DNA of 64,000 nucleotides from Octopus bimaculoides (GCF_001194135.2 NC_068990.1:67190641-67254640), one strand, 5' to 3'; positions 1 through 14,512 are shown, counted from the stretch's first letter. The notes: generated by a model from the letters alone, not told the origin. Made by a program: numbers and translations.

Positions 1-50
<50 letters not shown>

Positions 51-54
51 TGCT

Positions 55-345
55 GTCTTTTTGTCTTCACATTGCATGATAGTTGTGGGCGAGTGCCACC
101 ATCATAAAAGCAGTGTTTTTCATTTTCAGTCTTCTGTGGGAACATGTCTGGTCATGAGGGAAATATTACCTTACTTTGGAAACAGGTGAATGTTGGTGAC
201 AGAAAGGGTATCTAACTGTAAAAATCCATTGCTGTAATTTCTGTCCAACCCATGCGAGCATGGAAAAGTAAATGTTACAATGATGATGTTGATGATAGTG
301 GATGATGATGATGAACTGAAGAAAATTATTACGAAGGTGACTATA
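55..345 (+). mobile_element. SINE-like interspersed repeat, family G
   Basis: …aaatattaccttactttggaaacaggtga…agaaagggtatc…ccaacccatg-(gat)n. Homologues at ~3250-3450, 18050-18250 and 46410-46610. Confidence 0.7.
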
Positions 346-1399
346 CACTAGAGCGAGTACAGTATTGAGCTTTTCTGAAAGTTCTTGTCTATTAGTTCTT
401 TAAAGTAACTGTTATGTCGACACTCCCAGGCGAAGAAGTAGGATCTCCCAAGACATATAAATAGAGGTAGTCTGACCGTGGTAGGTGTGTTAAGTAGCAG
501 TTGTGTAGCGGTTGAGTAGAGATCATCCGAAGGTGCTAGATAGCAGTAGTTTGAGACATAACAGTAGCAATGGGGATGAGATGCTCACACAGCCACTGCG
601 TAGTATTGAGACGTAACAGTAACGATAAAAATGAGCACCAGCTTTTAAAGATTTTAAAAGCCATCTGATGATTCTTGTTGATACAAATGCTGCAGCTAAT
701 ATAAAATGAAAGTCCCTGTGTATGTGCGTGCATGTGTGTGAATAGCTTCCTCAAAATCCAAGGACTTTGAAAAGTTATACTAAGTTTAATTTACCTATGG
801 CTAGGATGACTATCACTCTTTTCCAATATGGGTTTACAATCTTTGTGACTCAACTTCAGAAAATTATTGGCCAACATAATATTTCCAATAAAGCATTATC
901 TCTTTCAGACTTATAGAACATGCAATTCAGGAAACTTAACTGATCTTTTTGATAGAATGAGAATGAAATTTATTCTTAAGAACAAAACTTTTTTGCTCCA
1001 GCAAATGGATCATCATCATTATCATCGTTTTACATCCACCTTCCATGTTGGCATGGGTTGGATGGTTTGACAGGAGCTGGCCAAGCAAAAGATTGTCTAT
1101 TTTGGCACACAATCACAATCAAGATGTCATAACTAATTTCCTGGCATATTATTTGATAAAGGCTTAATCAACTCATTATAGCAATTTGAGAGGATAAACA
1201 TTATTGTCAACTTCTGGATAAAGTTCAACATTATGAATACAGTGGATAATATGTCTGGGTCATAGGTGAAGAAAACCTCTCAGTTATGAATAGCATTGGG
1301 TAAAACAATCTGGCCAGACTGCATCCATGACTCTACAGGTTTTCACCAGCTGAGAAACATATTAAACTTGAGATGTTGGTGTCAGTGGCAGATAATGAA

Positions 1400-2513
1400 G
1401 CCATAGAAGTTTACAGCAGTCCTTGGAAGGAATGTGTGTAGCATATGATCGTCACATTGACTATGACAGAGAAAGTTGGGCAGAGAAACTGCATCAAATT
1501 TTGCCAAAAGCTTGGCGATACCTGCTCAGAGGCCTATGCAAAGTTGCAGAAAGTGTATCAACTGCACACAAGTGTACAAATGGTTCAGACATTACCAAGA
1601 TGGCTGAAAAAATGTTGATAGTGTCAAAAGTTCTGGCAGACCTGCAACCAGCAGAACTGAGAAAAACATCACAGAAATGCATGCAGCTGTGAGGGGAAAT
1701 CATTGAATCACCATCTGTGAGTTATCAGAGGATGTGCAGATTAGTTACGGTTCAGTTCAGTCCATGATCACGAAAGATTTAGGTATGAGACATGTCAGCT
1801 AAGTTTGTGCCAAAACTGCTTTCAGCTGACCAAAATGACACTCAGGTTTCAGTTGCACAAGATCTCCTTGACTGTGTTGAGAATGATGAAAAGTTTTTGG
1901 AAATGGTCATAATGGGTGATGAATTGTGGGTCTTTGGCTATGACCCCAAAACAAAGGCTCAGTCTTCATAGTGGAAGACCCCAACCTCTCTGAGACTGTA
2001 AAAGGCACAAATGGGGAGATTGTTCATCATGAGTATGCTCCACCTGGTCAGACAGTAAACAAGGAGTACTATCGTGGTGTTTTCCAGCATTTGTTGGAAA
2101 AGACCACAGTTGCATGTATCTGGTGAGTGGCAATTGCACCATGACAATGCACCTCCCCATTCAGTGCAGCTTGTGCACCAGTTTTGGCTAAACACAGCAT
2201 TCCCCATGTCCAACAGTCACCGTATTCCGTAGATCTCACCCTTTGTGACTTTTTCCTCTTCCCAAAAATCAAATCCCGCTTGAAAGGAAGAAGATTTCAG
2301 GACATCAAGGAAATCAAAGTGAATGCAACGAGGCAGCTACTGGTTATCCCAGAAAACGAGTTCCAGGAATGCTTCCATCAATAGAAACAGTGCTGGGTTA
2401 AGTGTGTGTCTTCCGAAGGGGACTACTTTGAAGGAGATTACATGCCAAATTGGTACGTGTTGTAGTTTTGTTATTATAGCATTAGTCTGGATACTTATTG
2501 ATCATACCTTGTA
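1400..2513 (+). mobile_element. Decayed mariner (Tc1/mariner) transposon, transposase pseudogene
   Basis: From ATG 1463: MTEKVGQRNCIKFCQKLGDT…, KDLGMRHV…KFVPKLL, DELWVFGYDPKTK, HDNAPPH, PYSVDLTLCDFFLFPKIKSRLKGRRFQD, YFEGD. Multiple stops and frameshifts. TIR-like 3' end atacttattgatcataccttg-TA; 5' TIR not recognised. Confidence 0.92.
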
Positions 2514-2941
2514 CAACTGAAATGTTATAGAAGTGTTGAAAGTCTTTGCTGATAAGACTTAATGAAGAATGTAAAATAAAATTACAAAGTGTTCAAAATA
2601 ATCTGTTCTAAAAGTGAGGCAATATGCTGTAAATGTGAAATAACTGTGGATTATATCTTCATGCTGTTACTTTTGATGATGATCTATTATACAAAAGATA
2701 GTACCTCCTTACTACCTCCTAAAATCTCCAATTGTACCACTACCTTTCAAAGAGAAGAGTAATCAACACTATTTGTGTTGAGTACATACTGTCTTACGAT
2801 GTTATTGTATCTTATTCATTTAATTTCTAAGTACATATCTTGTCGAATGTTATTTTCATATACATACTTTATTGGATGTGTTTAAAACTTGATATTTCCA
2901 TGCATAAAATTGTAAAAGAAGGGGGAAAAAAACAAACTTAC

Positions 2942-3033
2942 CCCAGCATTTTGGAGGGGGATGTGACCACGATCCATTCTCCTGACACTGAGTGGAGAAA
3001 GATGGGCCGTCGAAAGTTGTCCTCACATTGCAT
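2942..3033 (-). CDS. lev-9: Coding exon, second half of a sushi/CCP domain of a LEV-9-like secreted protein
   Basis: Acceptor (tcatttcag) and donor (gtaag) bound a 92-nt exon. It reads a|CNVRTTFDGPSFSTQCQENGSWSHPPPKCW|g, containing the sushi C2...C3-x4-W-x5-C4 pattern and an NGS sequon. Phase 2 start matches the upstream exon. Family assignment rests on recalled similarity, not a search. Confidence 0.88.
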
Positions 3034-3516
3034 CTGAAATGATTAAGAAAAACAAATATAAATAAAACAAAATAAAAGAATGTGACTATTACAAAAGTAT
3101 ATCAAAATAAATATTTCTTTAAATTTATTTTTGGTATGATTTTACAGCTGGAATGGCTGTGTGCTTAAGAAGCTTGTTTCCCTACCATGTGGTCTCAGGC
3201 TCTGTTACACTGCATGGTAACTCTTGCAAGTATCTTCTACTGTGTGTGTGTGTGTTCTAAGAAATGATTGTCATTTATTTTCAAACTTCCATATCAGGCC
3301 ATAGGTAAATATTACCTTGCTAAGGGAAAAGTAAGGGTAGGCAACAAGAAAGGGCATCTAGCGATGGGAAAAAAATCTGTGTCATTGAATTCCATTTGAC
3401 CCCTTCAAATAGGATGGAGAAGTGGACATTAAAACAAAAACAATCATGTGGTGCTTTGACTAGGTTGTCCAAATTACCATACAGAGAGACTGAATTCAAG
3501 ACAATGTGGTTGGGTG

Positions 3517-3557
<41 letters not shown>

Positions 3558-3580
3558 ATTCATATATATATATATATATA

Positions 3581-3980
3581 TACTCTTTTACTCTTTTACT
3601 TGTTTCAGTCATTTGACTGTTGCCATGCTGGAGCACCGCCTTTAGTCGATTAAATCGACCCCAGGATTTATTCTTTGGATGCCTAGTACTTATTCTATCG
3701 GTCTCTTTTTGCCGAAACGCTAAGTTACGAGGACGTAAACACACCACCATCGGTTGTCAAGCGATGTTGGGGGGACAAACACAGAGACATATACACACAA
3801 ACATATATATATATACATACATATGACAGGCTTCTTTCAGTTTCCGTCTACCAAATCCACTCACAAGGCTTTGGTCGGCCCGAGGCTATAGTAGAAGACA
3901 CTTGCCCAAGGTGCCACGCAGTGGGAATGAACCCGGAACCACGTGGTTGATAAGCAAGCTACTTACCACACAGCCACTCC
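3581..3980 (-). mobile_element. Full-length octopus-type SINE, family A
   Basis: Head ggctgtgtggtaagtagcttgc…, central microsatellite and (GTAAAAGA)n tail. Near-full copy also at 56390-56770 (-). Plus-strand copies at ~8575-8980, 9905-10420, 22810-23230, 23935-24120 and 58555-58710. Confidence 0.85.
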
Positions 3981-4210
3981 ATATATACACACACACAAAC
4001 ACAGACACATATAAATCTATATAGTTTAAAGATCGAATTGAGATAAAATCAACAAAAACTTTACTTCATCCAGTGAGAGCTAAATAACAATTTAAACACA
4101 CAATCGAAAGAGCTTCTAATAGTTACATGCTTTTATGATACTTGAACAGGCTTATTCATAAAATACACCATGGATTTTAATGTAATCTTACAGGTGCTGC
4201 TCAACATTCT

Positions 4211-4245
<35 letters not shown>

Positions 4246-4655
4246 NNNNNNNNNNNNNNNNNNNNNNNNNNNNNNNNNNNNNNNNNNNNNNNNNNNNNNN
4301 NNNNNNNNNNNNNNNNNNNNNNNNNNNNNNNNNNNNNNNNNNNNNNNNNNNNNNNNNNNNNNNNNNNNNNNNNNNNNNNNNNNNNNNNTATATATATCAC
4401 CCATAAACAGAGCCTGAAAGATTGCTTCAAGATATATGGCATACTTTGTTCAAGTATCATAAAAGTATGAAACTATCAGTAGCTCTTTTGGTTGTGTATT
4501 TAAAATTATATATATATATTTCGTATGTGTATTTCGTGTGCAAGATTCTTGATGTGGATACGTGTGTTGAAAGAAATACAATTAAACCTTGGGAGACGCA
4601 TTATATAATTGGTATTAATTTGATTCAGCTTTATTTTACATTAATCGTATTTCGG

Positions 4656-4695
4656 CCAGAGTTCTTTCGTCACACTTCTGTGACCTCATCAGTGG
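4656..4695 (-). ncRNA. Minimal type-I hammerhead ribozyme motif (PLE-type)
   Basis: Minus strand: CCA-CUGAUGA-G-GUCACA(GAAG)UGUGAC-GAA-AGAACU-C-UGG. Intact core, 6-bp stem II, 3-bp stem I, short stem III, UC cleavage site. Confidence 0.7.
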
Positions 4696-4761
4696 TCCTT
4701 TGCTTTCTTCTTTCCTATTTGTGTGTCTTTCCATATATACATACATATATATACACATACT

Positions 4762-4799
<38 letters not shown>

Positions 4800-5545
4800 T
4801 ATATGTACTCAGATAAACATACGTACATGTATAAGATAAGATGACCAAAGAATAAAAGATTATCTTATGAACTTCAGATAATTGCTTATTCCTTGACATC
4901 TTATTTCATTATTATTGCACTGCACTCAACTAACGCTTCACTCTGAAGACACTCAGTCATTAATCTTGCAATGCTTAAGTGACAGATTAAAATAAATAAG
5001 TAGACACATATATACATCATTGCTTTAACGTCTCTTTTCCATGCTTTTATGGGTCAGACAAAATTTGTTGAGACTATTATTCTGCAGCACCTTTCTGTCA
5101 TCAACCCTCACCCCTTACCATGCGAGGGAACATATCTCTATGGCGAGACATGCTTTTATCAGAATATTGGAAATGAATAACACTGCTTGTGTGACAAACC
5201 ACTCATTTACAACTAACATATATCAGTAAAATTAAACAAACACACACACACTCATGTACACGATGAACTTCTTATAGTTTTTGTCAACTAAATCATCCAC
5301 TTACAAAGTTTTAGTTGGCCTGGGACAATCATAGAATGCTTTTGCCCAAGCTACCATGCAGTGGTACTGAACCCTGTAACTGTGTGGTTGGGAAGCAAAC
5401 TACTAAACCAACAACCATGTCTGCATCGTATTATATGTGTGTGCGCGTGTATATGCATATATATGTGCTTGTAAATGTGGGTATGTGTATATATGTATAT
5501 ATATATATGTGTGTGTGTATATCTATATATATGTGTGTGTATGTG

Positions 5546-5576
<31 letters not shown>

Positions 5577-5603
5577 ATATGTATATATATGTGTGTGTAT
5601 GTA

Positions 5604-5647
<44 letters not shown>

Positions 5648-6217
5648 NNNNNNNNNNNNNNNNNNNNNNNNNNNNNNNNNNNNNNNNNNNNNNNNNNNNN
5701 NNNNNNNNNNNNNNNNNNNNNNNNNNNNNNNNNNNNNNNNNNNNNNNNNNNNNNNNNNNNNNNNNNNNNNNNNNNNNNNNNNNNNNNNNNNNNNNNNNNN
5801 NNNNNNNNNNNNNNNNNNNNNNNNNNNNNNNNNNNNNNNNNNNNNNNNNNNNNNNNNNNNNNNNNNNNNNNNNNNNNNNNNNNNNNNNNNNNNNNNNNNN
5901 NNNNNNNNNNNNNNNNNNNNNNNNNNNNNNNNNNNNNNNNNNNNNNNNNNNNNNNNNNNNNNNNNNNNNNNNNNNNNNNNNNNNNNNNNNNNNNNNNNNN
6001 NNNNNNNNNNNNNNNNNNNNNNNNNNNNNNNNNNNNNNNNNNNNNNNNNNNNNNNNNNNNNNNNNNNNNNNNNNNNNNNNNNNNNNNNNNNNNNNNNNNN
6101 NNNNNNNNNNNNNNNNNNNNNNNNNNNNNNNNNNNNNNNNNNNNNNNNNNNNNNNNNNNNNNNNNNNNNNNNNNNNNNNNNNNNNNNNNNNNNNNNNNNN
6201 NNNNNNNNNNNNNNNNN
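5648..6217. other. Assembly gap; others at ~4246-4388, 7566-7829, 27137-27225, 34202-34532, 40541-40612, plus several ~10-N joins
   Basis: Runs of N flanked by microsatellites. Confidence 0.99.
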
Positions 6218-6255
<38 letters not shown>

Positions 6256-7456
6256 TTATATATTTAGCGAAGGCCTAGAGTTCATGAATAACATGTTAAC
6301 ATTCTAAACTCAGGTTTGTCTAATTAACATCTCCTTTCTATATTAATATTCAGTCAAAATATTTTCTGTAATATTCATGAGTAGAAGAATTTAGAATAAC
6401 AACACAAACAACGGAATCACTTTTGCCAAACATGAAAGCTAATGATATGAAAAAGAAAGCCGAGAACATTGTAATGTTATAAATGTTGAATAACACAGTA
6501 TGTAGGAGCATTGTTATAGAACTAATAAATTAGCGGCCTTCTGTTTAATTTTGTTTCTGATGTTTTTGTCTAGACTAAACTTAGTAATAGATTTAATATT
6601 CACAGACTATCTTGTAAAGGAATATAGAGGATAGCTATTATGCCTAGCCTTGATCAATAGAACTTTGTTATCCATCAGTATGTTCACTATCATCATCATC
6701 ATCATTATCTATATTAATGAAGGGGGTGAGCTATCAGAACCATTAGCATGTTGGACAAAATGCTTAGTAGCATTTCTTCTAGCTGTTTACTTTCTTAGTT
6801 CAAATTCTGCCAAAGTCAATTTTGCCTTTCATCCTTTCAGAGTTGAAAAAATAGTATCAGTTAGGTACTGGAGTCAACATAATTGACTGTCTCCTTCCCA
6901 CCAAAATTACTGTGCAAAAATTGAACCCATCATCATCTTCATTATTATTATTATTACTATTGAATGAGAGAACAGTGTGTGCCATCAAAGTGACACTGGG
7001 GTACAAATATATGAAGCCTAATATACCCATCATGACTACCTGTCTGATAAGATTACACCAGGCACATGCATCACAACAATATGTGCGTGATATGGTGAAC
7101 TCATATCAAGATAAATAGTGCATGATCTTGCAGGTGGGGCCCTATTAGAATTTTCTTCAGGTTGAGTAGCCTGTCCCATTCAGAAAGTCCCTGAATAAGG
7201 GTTGTTTAAGGAGGTTGAAAGAAACATCCATGTTTCCAGGAGTGAAGAATCCAAATCTCAAAGAATTCCTCTCAACACATAGCTATGATGCTCTCACACA
7301 ACTCCTGCTTGTGATCAGAGATGCACATATTGTCAGCCATTAAGGGACATGGTCAACTGGACGTAGCTCATCTTTTTACAGCAACACAAAACATGTATAT
7401 GTTAACACTTCCAGTCAACCAAGATAAGAAGCCATGAAAGTCACTGCCTGGTACTG

Positions 7457-7565
<109 letters not shown>

Positions 7566-7829
7566 NNNNNNNNNNNNNNNNNNNNNNNNNNNNNNNNNNN
7601 NNNNNNNNNNNNNNNNNNNNNNNNNNNNNNNNNNNNNNNNNNNNNNNNNNNNNNNNNNNNNNNNNNNNNNNNNNNNNNNNNNNNNNNNNNNNNNNNNNNN
7701 NNNNNNNNNNNNNNNNNNNNNNNNNNNNNNNNNNNNNNNNNNNNNNNNNNNNNNNNNNNNNNNNNNNNNNNNNNNNNNNNNNNNNNNNNNNNNNNNNNNN
7801 NNNNNNNNNNNNNNNNNNNNNNNNNNNNN

Positions 7830-8008
7830 AGTAGTATTTCGTCTGTCTTCATGTTCTGAGTTCAAATTTCGCTGGGATCAACTTTGCTTTTCATACTTTT
7901 GGAGTCAATAAATCAAGTATCAGTGATTCGATGTAATCAACTATTCTCCTCCCCCAAAATTTCAGTCCTTGTGCCTTTAGTAAGAAGGTTATTATTATTA
8001 TTATTATG

Positions 8009-8062
<54 letters not shown>

Positions 8063-8430
8063 GAAGGTGGAAGGCTGGCAGAATCGTTAGTATGTCACAT
8101 ATAATGCTTAGTAACATTACTTCTGTCTCTTTTCTGTCTTGAGTTGAAATCCTGAGGTTAGCTTTGCCTGTCATCTTCTCAGTGTCAATAAAATAAGTGC
8201 CATTTTAGTGCTAGGGTTCATGTAATTGACTTGTCTCTTTCCCTAAATTTGCTGGCATTATGCCAAAATTTAGTAAGAATTATTATCACATTCTGAGTTC
8301 AAATCGTGCCAAGATCAATTTTGTCATATGTCCTATCAGGGTTGATAAAAATAAAGTACCAGCCAAATACTGCAGTCAATATCAACTAACCCTCTCATCT
8401 TAAATTCTCTGACTTTGTACCTACATTAGA
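7830..8430 (+). mobile_element. Cluster of three family E SINE remnants
   Basis: Repeated ttctgagttcaaatt…gtcaactttgcttttcat…aataaa…gtacc…gccttgtgcct blocks. Other copies at ~6720-6930, 13570-13790 (-), 38130-38330, 57990-58190 and 60350-60570. Confidence 0.75.
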
Positions 8431-8722
8431 AACAATTATTATTAGTAAGATGGTGGAGTTCAAATTCTGCCACATTCAAGTTGGCCTTCCATCCTTTTGA
8501 AGTTGTTAAAATAACGTACCAGTCAAGCACTAAAAACACAATTGAAGTATATAAAATGAAGTACTGGTCACATACTAGGAGCCATGTTATTATTGGCTGT
8601 GTGATAAGAAGTTTTGGATTCAGTCCAACTGCATGGTACTTTGGGCAAGTGTCTTCTATTAATAGCCCTGGGTCAACCAAAGCCTTGTGAATAAATTAGG
8701 CAGATAGGAGATGAAAGAAGCC

Positions 8723-8759
<37 letters not shown>

Positions 8760-9867
8760 CATGTGTATAAATTAGTATATGTCTGTGTGAGTGCGGTTGT
8801 CACTCCAGCGCTTGACAACTGGTGTTGGCTTATATACTTCTGACTTAGAGGTTCAGCAAAAAAAGACCAATGGATTTAAAACTCAATTTAAATAAGCTCT
8901 GTGGTTGATTTGTTGAACTAAAATCTTTCAAGTTGGTGCCCCGGTATGGCTGTAGTCCAATGACTGAAATACATACAAGATAAATGATATCATTTTATGA
9001 TCATTTTAATGTCCATTTTCTTGTGCTAACTGCAGTCTGGTGTTTCTCTCACAAACAGAATATTTTTAGCCAACCATCTCTGGCATCATTTTAAATATTA
9101 TTCTATTGTTCACCCTAACCTTACAGTACATGGCTGGCTCCCAAAAGGGCAAAGAGATTAAAGCTGTCTTTGACAGGAGTTTAAGGATATCAAAAATAAT
9201 GCCAATGCATTACTATTTGGCATTAGAGCTGGGACATACAAAGCTTTGACTACAATAATAAAATAAGACTGCAAATAAAATAGAAGAATCAGATAGAATA
9301 TTCTGAGAGTGGATTTTAATGTTCAAATGAATTTGTGAATCAAACTGTCAATAACAACAAACAAAAGACTCCAAACACGATATTGTAAATGAAAATTGTG
9401 TTGCGTTCTATATAAGTAATAAAACATTGAAATCTTCATAATGTAGCCACTGTCCTTGCATATTATATAAGGACAGACAGCATGGATTCATTTGAAGTAA
9501 AATACAAGCAAAAGAAAGAATTATCTGACCAAAGGAAAGAAAGTGACTCTAAAGGCATGATAAAAATTTTCTTTCTTTTCTTTTACCTGAATTGCAGTCA
9601 CTTTATTTTTACGTAGTTCATTTATATTATGCTTCTATCTCACTCTTTGTCTCTTTATTTATCTCTGTCTGTCAGTGTGTGTGTGTGTATCATTATTGAC
9701 ATCATCACCGTAATTTAATGTCTGTTTTCCATGCTAGCATGGGTTGGGGCAGTTTGACAGGAGCTGGCTAAGCAGAAGACTGCACTGCCTGTATTGGCAG
9801 GGTTTTAAGGACTTCCTAACACCACTCACCTTATATAAGTATGTGTGTGTGTATATGGATGGATAGA

Positions 9868-9901
<34 letters not shown>

Positions 9902-10063
9902 TAGGCTCAGGCCTGGCTGTGTGGATAAGAAGCCTGCTTTGCAGCCATGTGGTTTGGTTTCAGTCCCACTGTGCATCTGATTTCTACTATAGCCTCAGAC
10001 TGATCAGTGTCATGTAAGTGAATTTGTTAGATGGAAACTATTTGGAAGCCCATTCAGTGTGTT

Positions 10064-10130
<67 letters not shown>

Positions 10131-10149
10131 ACGTATGTATATGTGTGTG

Positions 10150-10180
<31 letters not shown>

Positions 10181-10782
10181 GTTTATGTGAGTGTCTTTGT
10201 GCCTTGTTTGTCAAACTCCCACCACTTGACAACTGGTGTTGGTTTGTTTATGTTCCTATAACTTAATGATATGGTAAATGTGACTGACAATAAGTAGCAG
10301 ACTTACAACAAAAAAAAAAACAAAAAACACAAATACTGGGGTTGATTTTTGGGGGATAAAATCCTTCAAAGCATTATCCCAGCATGGTTGCAGTCCAGTA
10401 ACATGCAAATGAAAATAGAATTACAGGCTCTGATGAAGTTATAAAGTGTTACTCAGGTACTCAACTACAAGTTCACTGCATCTTATAGCAGAAACAACTG
10501 TAAACTAATGAAGTTCATAAGATAATTGGTTATCCCTTTGTCATCTCATTTCCTTATTGGTGCTCTGTACTTGATTTACGCTTTGTTCTGAAGCATACAT
10601 GTATTGAATTCTACATCAAGTTATTAGTCTTGCAATGCCCAAATGAAATATTAAAACACACACACACACATACATACATACATACATACACACACATATA
10701 TATATATATATCAATATTTGCTTGTCTTCCTTATCTTTCTCTCTCACCCTTACTCTCTCTCTCTCTTATTTTGTATAATTAC

Positions 10783-10867
10783 CTGAAGAAAAATACAGCT
10801 CCTACAGTTGTACGATGTCCATCTAAATAGCCATTCCTCAAAGGACCTGGTAAACCGCAGTTAGTTT
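10783..10867 (-). CDS. lev-9: Coding exon, first half of the same sushi/CCP domain (LEV-9-like)
   Basis: Acceptor (ttatttcag) and donor (gtaatt) bound an 85-nt exon reading aa|TNCGLPGPLRNGYLDGHRTTVGAVFFF|ag. The final ag plus a of the 3033 exon gives Arg, so the two join in frame (…FFFRCNVR…). C-x2-P-x3-NG…FRC is a canonical CCP first half. Confidence 0.88.
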
Positions 10868-11586
10868 CTGAAATAATGGGAAAAAAAGCAAGGGAGTGTA
10901 TCTGATGCTTACAATGAAACACACTTTAAATATTTAGATGAAAGAACTGTAAATAGAAACAGAAAAATGAAATAAAAACTAAGCAAATATACAGAAAAAA
11001 ATGAGAAAATAGTACATTGATTTAACATAAAGACTGGTAAATAGTAACCATTTAGCTCTGGTAGGGAAAGAAAAAGATTTTTATTGCCAAATCTCAGAGT
11101 AGGTTTTAAGATACATATGATCACAAGACATCTGCAAGGAAGATATTAAGAGAAAAAAAATGATAGACAATACAATATACATATATATTATATACATGTA
11201 ACAATATAAAGAGTCACTATTGACATTATTCAGGTAAAGGATTTTGTTGTGGAGAAAATATTATTTAGTAACTTAATGTTCAAGATGGGGAGAAAAAAAC
11301 AAAACAAGAAAAAACAACATGGGTATTGCAGATTAGTTGATTCAAACAGAGCTACTAAAACTTATAAAACTTTATATATCAATAAGAGAGCTGAGAGCAA
11401 ACACTTTAGGGAAGTGTTCTACATGCTACTCACACACACAAATAATTATACATGCATGCATGCACATAAACATATCTCGGAGAACAACTTGACTAGAGAC
11501 TATGTGTGTAAAAGCACACTGCAAATGACATCAGCAGATTATCATACACTAGTGTTTCAGCTTATGTTTGCTTTCTCAGTGATATA

Positions 11587-11652
<66 letters not shown>

Positions 11653-12104
11653 TTGTTATTATTATCACCGTTTAATGTCCTCTGGTTTGTCAGATCTTCC
11701 TAACTGTGTAACTCATGCCAGCATAGAAGATGGCAGTTATTTAGAGATGATGATATATAATGTAAAAAATAATTCGTATTGTAAATGGTTATATGTAATA
11801 TGAATGTGGTAGTGGCTAGTTTTGACTGAGGTCACAATTGAAAGATATTAGAGGTGTGTGTGTGTGTGTGTATGTGTCTGTGTGCACATGCATGCATGCA
11901 CATGTATGTGTGTGTGTGTATGTATGAGTAATCAAAGAATAAAAAGTTGAATATTAAATGACATGGAAAAAATATTTTTATGTGAGTCATATAAAATAAT
12001 TCCTAATAAAAGATTTATGATGGCTGAGGATTTGAGGCTGAAAGTCTCTGGCTGGTGTGAAAGAAAACAGAGAAGTTTGACTGACCACACTAACATATAA
12101 TAAT

Positions 12105-12140
<36 letters not shown>

Positions 12141-13500
12141 CCTGTAAGTCTAGTCGAATTTAAACACCCGTGTCAGACAATATATATTACATGACAAGAA
12201 GAAGGTATAAAAACCAAATAAATCTTCCAACAATTTATAATTTTAATTCCCAAAATAGAAATGGTGACCTGGACTTTGTTCATCGAATCTAACCCAAGAA
12301 GAGAACTTGTACTAATGTAATGGCTATGAAAAATTCAATGCATGAGTAAAAAACAACTGAATACTGCAACCTTGTTTTCTTTCTTTCTTTCTTTGTTTCT
12401 TTGTTTCTTTGTTTCTTTTTTTTTAGAGAATGGCATGTTAAAATGTAATGCAAGGGATGAAAGGAGAACCAATACAGTGAATTTCAAAATATCTACCAGT
12501 CCACAGCAAATAGTATAATACAAATTGTTCAAAAATCCAGTTTCCCCTTGTATAATTTCTATTCTGTGCATTTAACACTTCTATAAATCTTATCCTCCTT
12601 CCATCAGATAGAATTTCTTTCTGAAATTCCCTCCATTTCCTTTGGTGTGGTGGTGGTGGTGGTGAGGTAGGGGTGGAGTGGAGAGTAAACAGTAAACTAC
12701 AAATGCATCAATCTCACTTGTTCTGAGAAGTCTTACAAAAGAGCCAGGACTATTACCCTCACAGGAGGCACATGGCTCAGTGGTTGGGGTGTCGGACTCA
12801 TGATTGTAAGAGTGAGGCTTTGCTCCAGTCCACTCGGCTGGCAAAAATGAGTAATCCAGTATCCTGTCATGGTGGGGGAATTTATATGCCATGGAAACCA
12901 GGCTTATGAGTCAGCATGACTAATGAAGGTAACCTTTATTAACCTCACACATAGAACTAAACAATGAAAGAAATACAAACATAAATACATAAAAATAACA
13001 AATACCAACATTCTTTATTGAGACCTGCTTTTGAATGATTTTTCACTCAAAACCTGACAATATTAACATGTTTTACAAGTGAAGAATATTTTTCTTTATA
13101 GTAATTCATCAACAACTTATACTTTATACCAGGGGTTAGCAAACTTCTTATATCATTGGTCTCTTCATGAAATCATTTATAACTTATTGACACCCAAACA
13201 TGTGAAGTTCTAAAATAAAATTCAGAGGTATAATTAATAAAACATTGCTTGATTTAAAAACGTTCTTTTGATTCATAACTACTTTTTAAAAAGAAATATT
13301 TAGAGCCACATAGGGAAATTGGTAGAGAACCATAAAATTTCAGTCATATCATATTGATATAGTTGGAATATTTAATAGAGAATGTGTTTCAAAATAATTT
13401 CAAATGTTTATTAAATCTTTGCAGAGCCACATAAAAACCTCAGGGGGTCAATACTGACCACTGGGGGTTTTATGATCTCTGTTCTATACTCTAACTTCAG

Positions 13501-13567
13501 ATCCCCAATCTATACTGCATCCCCAATCTATACTGTGTCCCCAATCTATACAGCGTCCCGAATCTAT
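13501..13567. repeat. 18-bp minisatellite, about 4 copies
   Basis: (a/g)tccccaatctatactg(c/t) repeated. Confidence 0.9.
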
Positions 13568-14394
13568 TGGTTTCAAGTTGTGGCACAAGGCCAGCAAATT
13601 CAGGGGAGGGGATAAGTTGATTATATCAACCCAATTGCCCAGTTGGTACTTATTTTATTGACTCCAAGAGAACGAAAGGTAAAGTAAACCTTGGTGGAAT
13701 TTAAACTCAGAACATCAAAATGAATGAAATCCCACTAAGCATTTTCTCCAGCATGCTAATGATATTGTCATTTCACCACCGTACTTCTATACATTATACT
13801 AACACACAACTCACTTTGATGATGAACGCTGGATAAAAAATTTCATTGACATTGAACATAAGTCTGTGTCAAATTTGGTAAACAAGCTTTCAAGACATGC
13901 ATTTAATGTACAAACACTAAATATACACTAAATATACACACATATACACACTGAATCATCACAGAAATGTATGGAAGATAAAACAAATTAAAGACCAAAA
14001 CAATTGCTTTACAAGTATACAAAGGTAATATAAAGAATTGCAAAAGGATTGAAGTAAGTCTATAAATCCTAAGATATCTGAATGTCTGAGTTAAATTGTT
14101 GTTATAAAGATTATCATATCTTCTTAGATTATCTACTTTGTTTAGAAAGTATATTTACAATATTAATATGTACACTATATTTTGATCTCCATTACCATCA
14201 GATATCTTATTCCTGAATATGTAGATATAGATGGGTTTGTCCCCAGCTGATTGTTAGTCTGTATTCAGTTTGGCATCTTTTACATTACATATCTAGAAAT
14301 AAGATAAGCTGGGGTGACTGGAATGAACCATCCAACCTATTCCAACATGAAAGACAGATGTTAAATGATGATGAAACACATATACACACCCATA

Positions 14395-14447
<53 letters not shown>

Positions 14448-14512
14448 TGTATATGTTTTATACTCTGAATGTTAAATTAACAACTAGGGAAATTATATTT
14501 ATATAGATTAAA

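Noticed and set aside
330-720. CpG-containing block with TATAAATA, considered as the next host exon or an LTR
   Set aside because: All three minus frames have stops or non-sushi content, and no paired LTR or recognisable motif was found.
9125-9270. Apparent minus-strand exon bounded by cttac and ctgcaaat
   Set aside because: Stop codons in all three frames.
13128-13470. Possible hAT MITE starting CAGGGGTTAGCAAAC
   Set aside because: No convincing partner TIR or 8-bp TSD.
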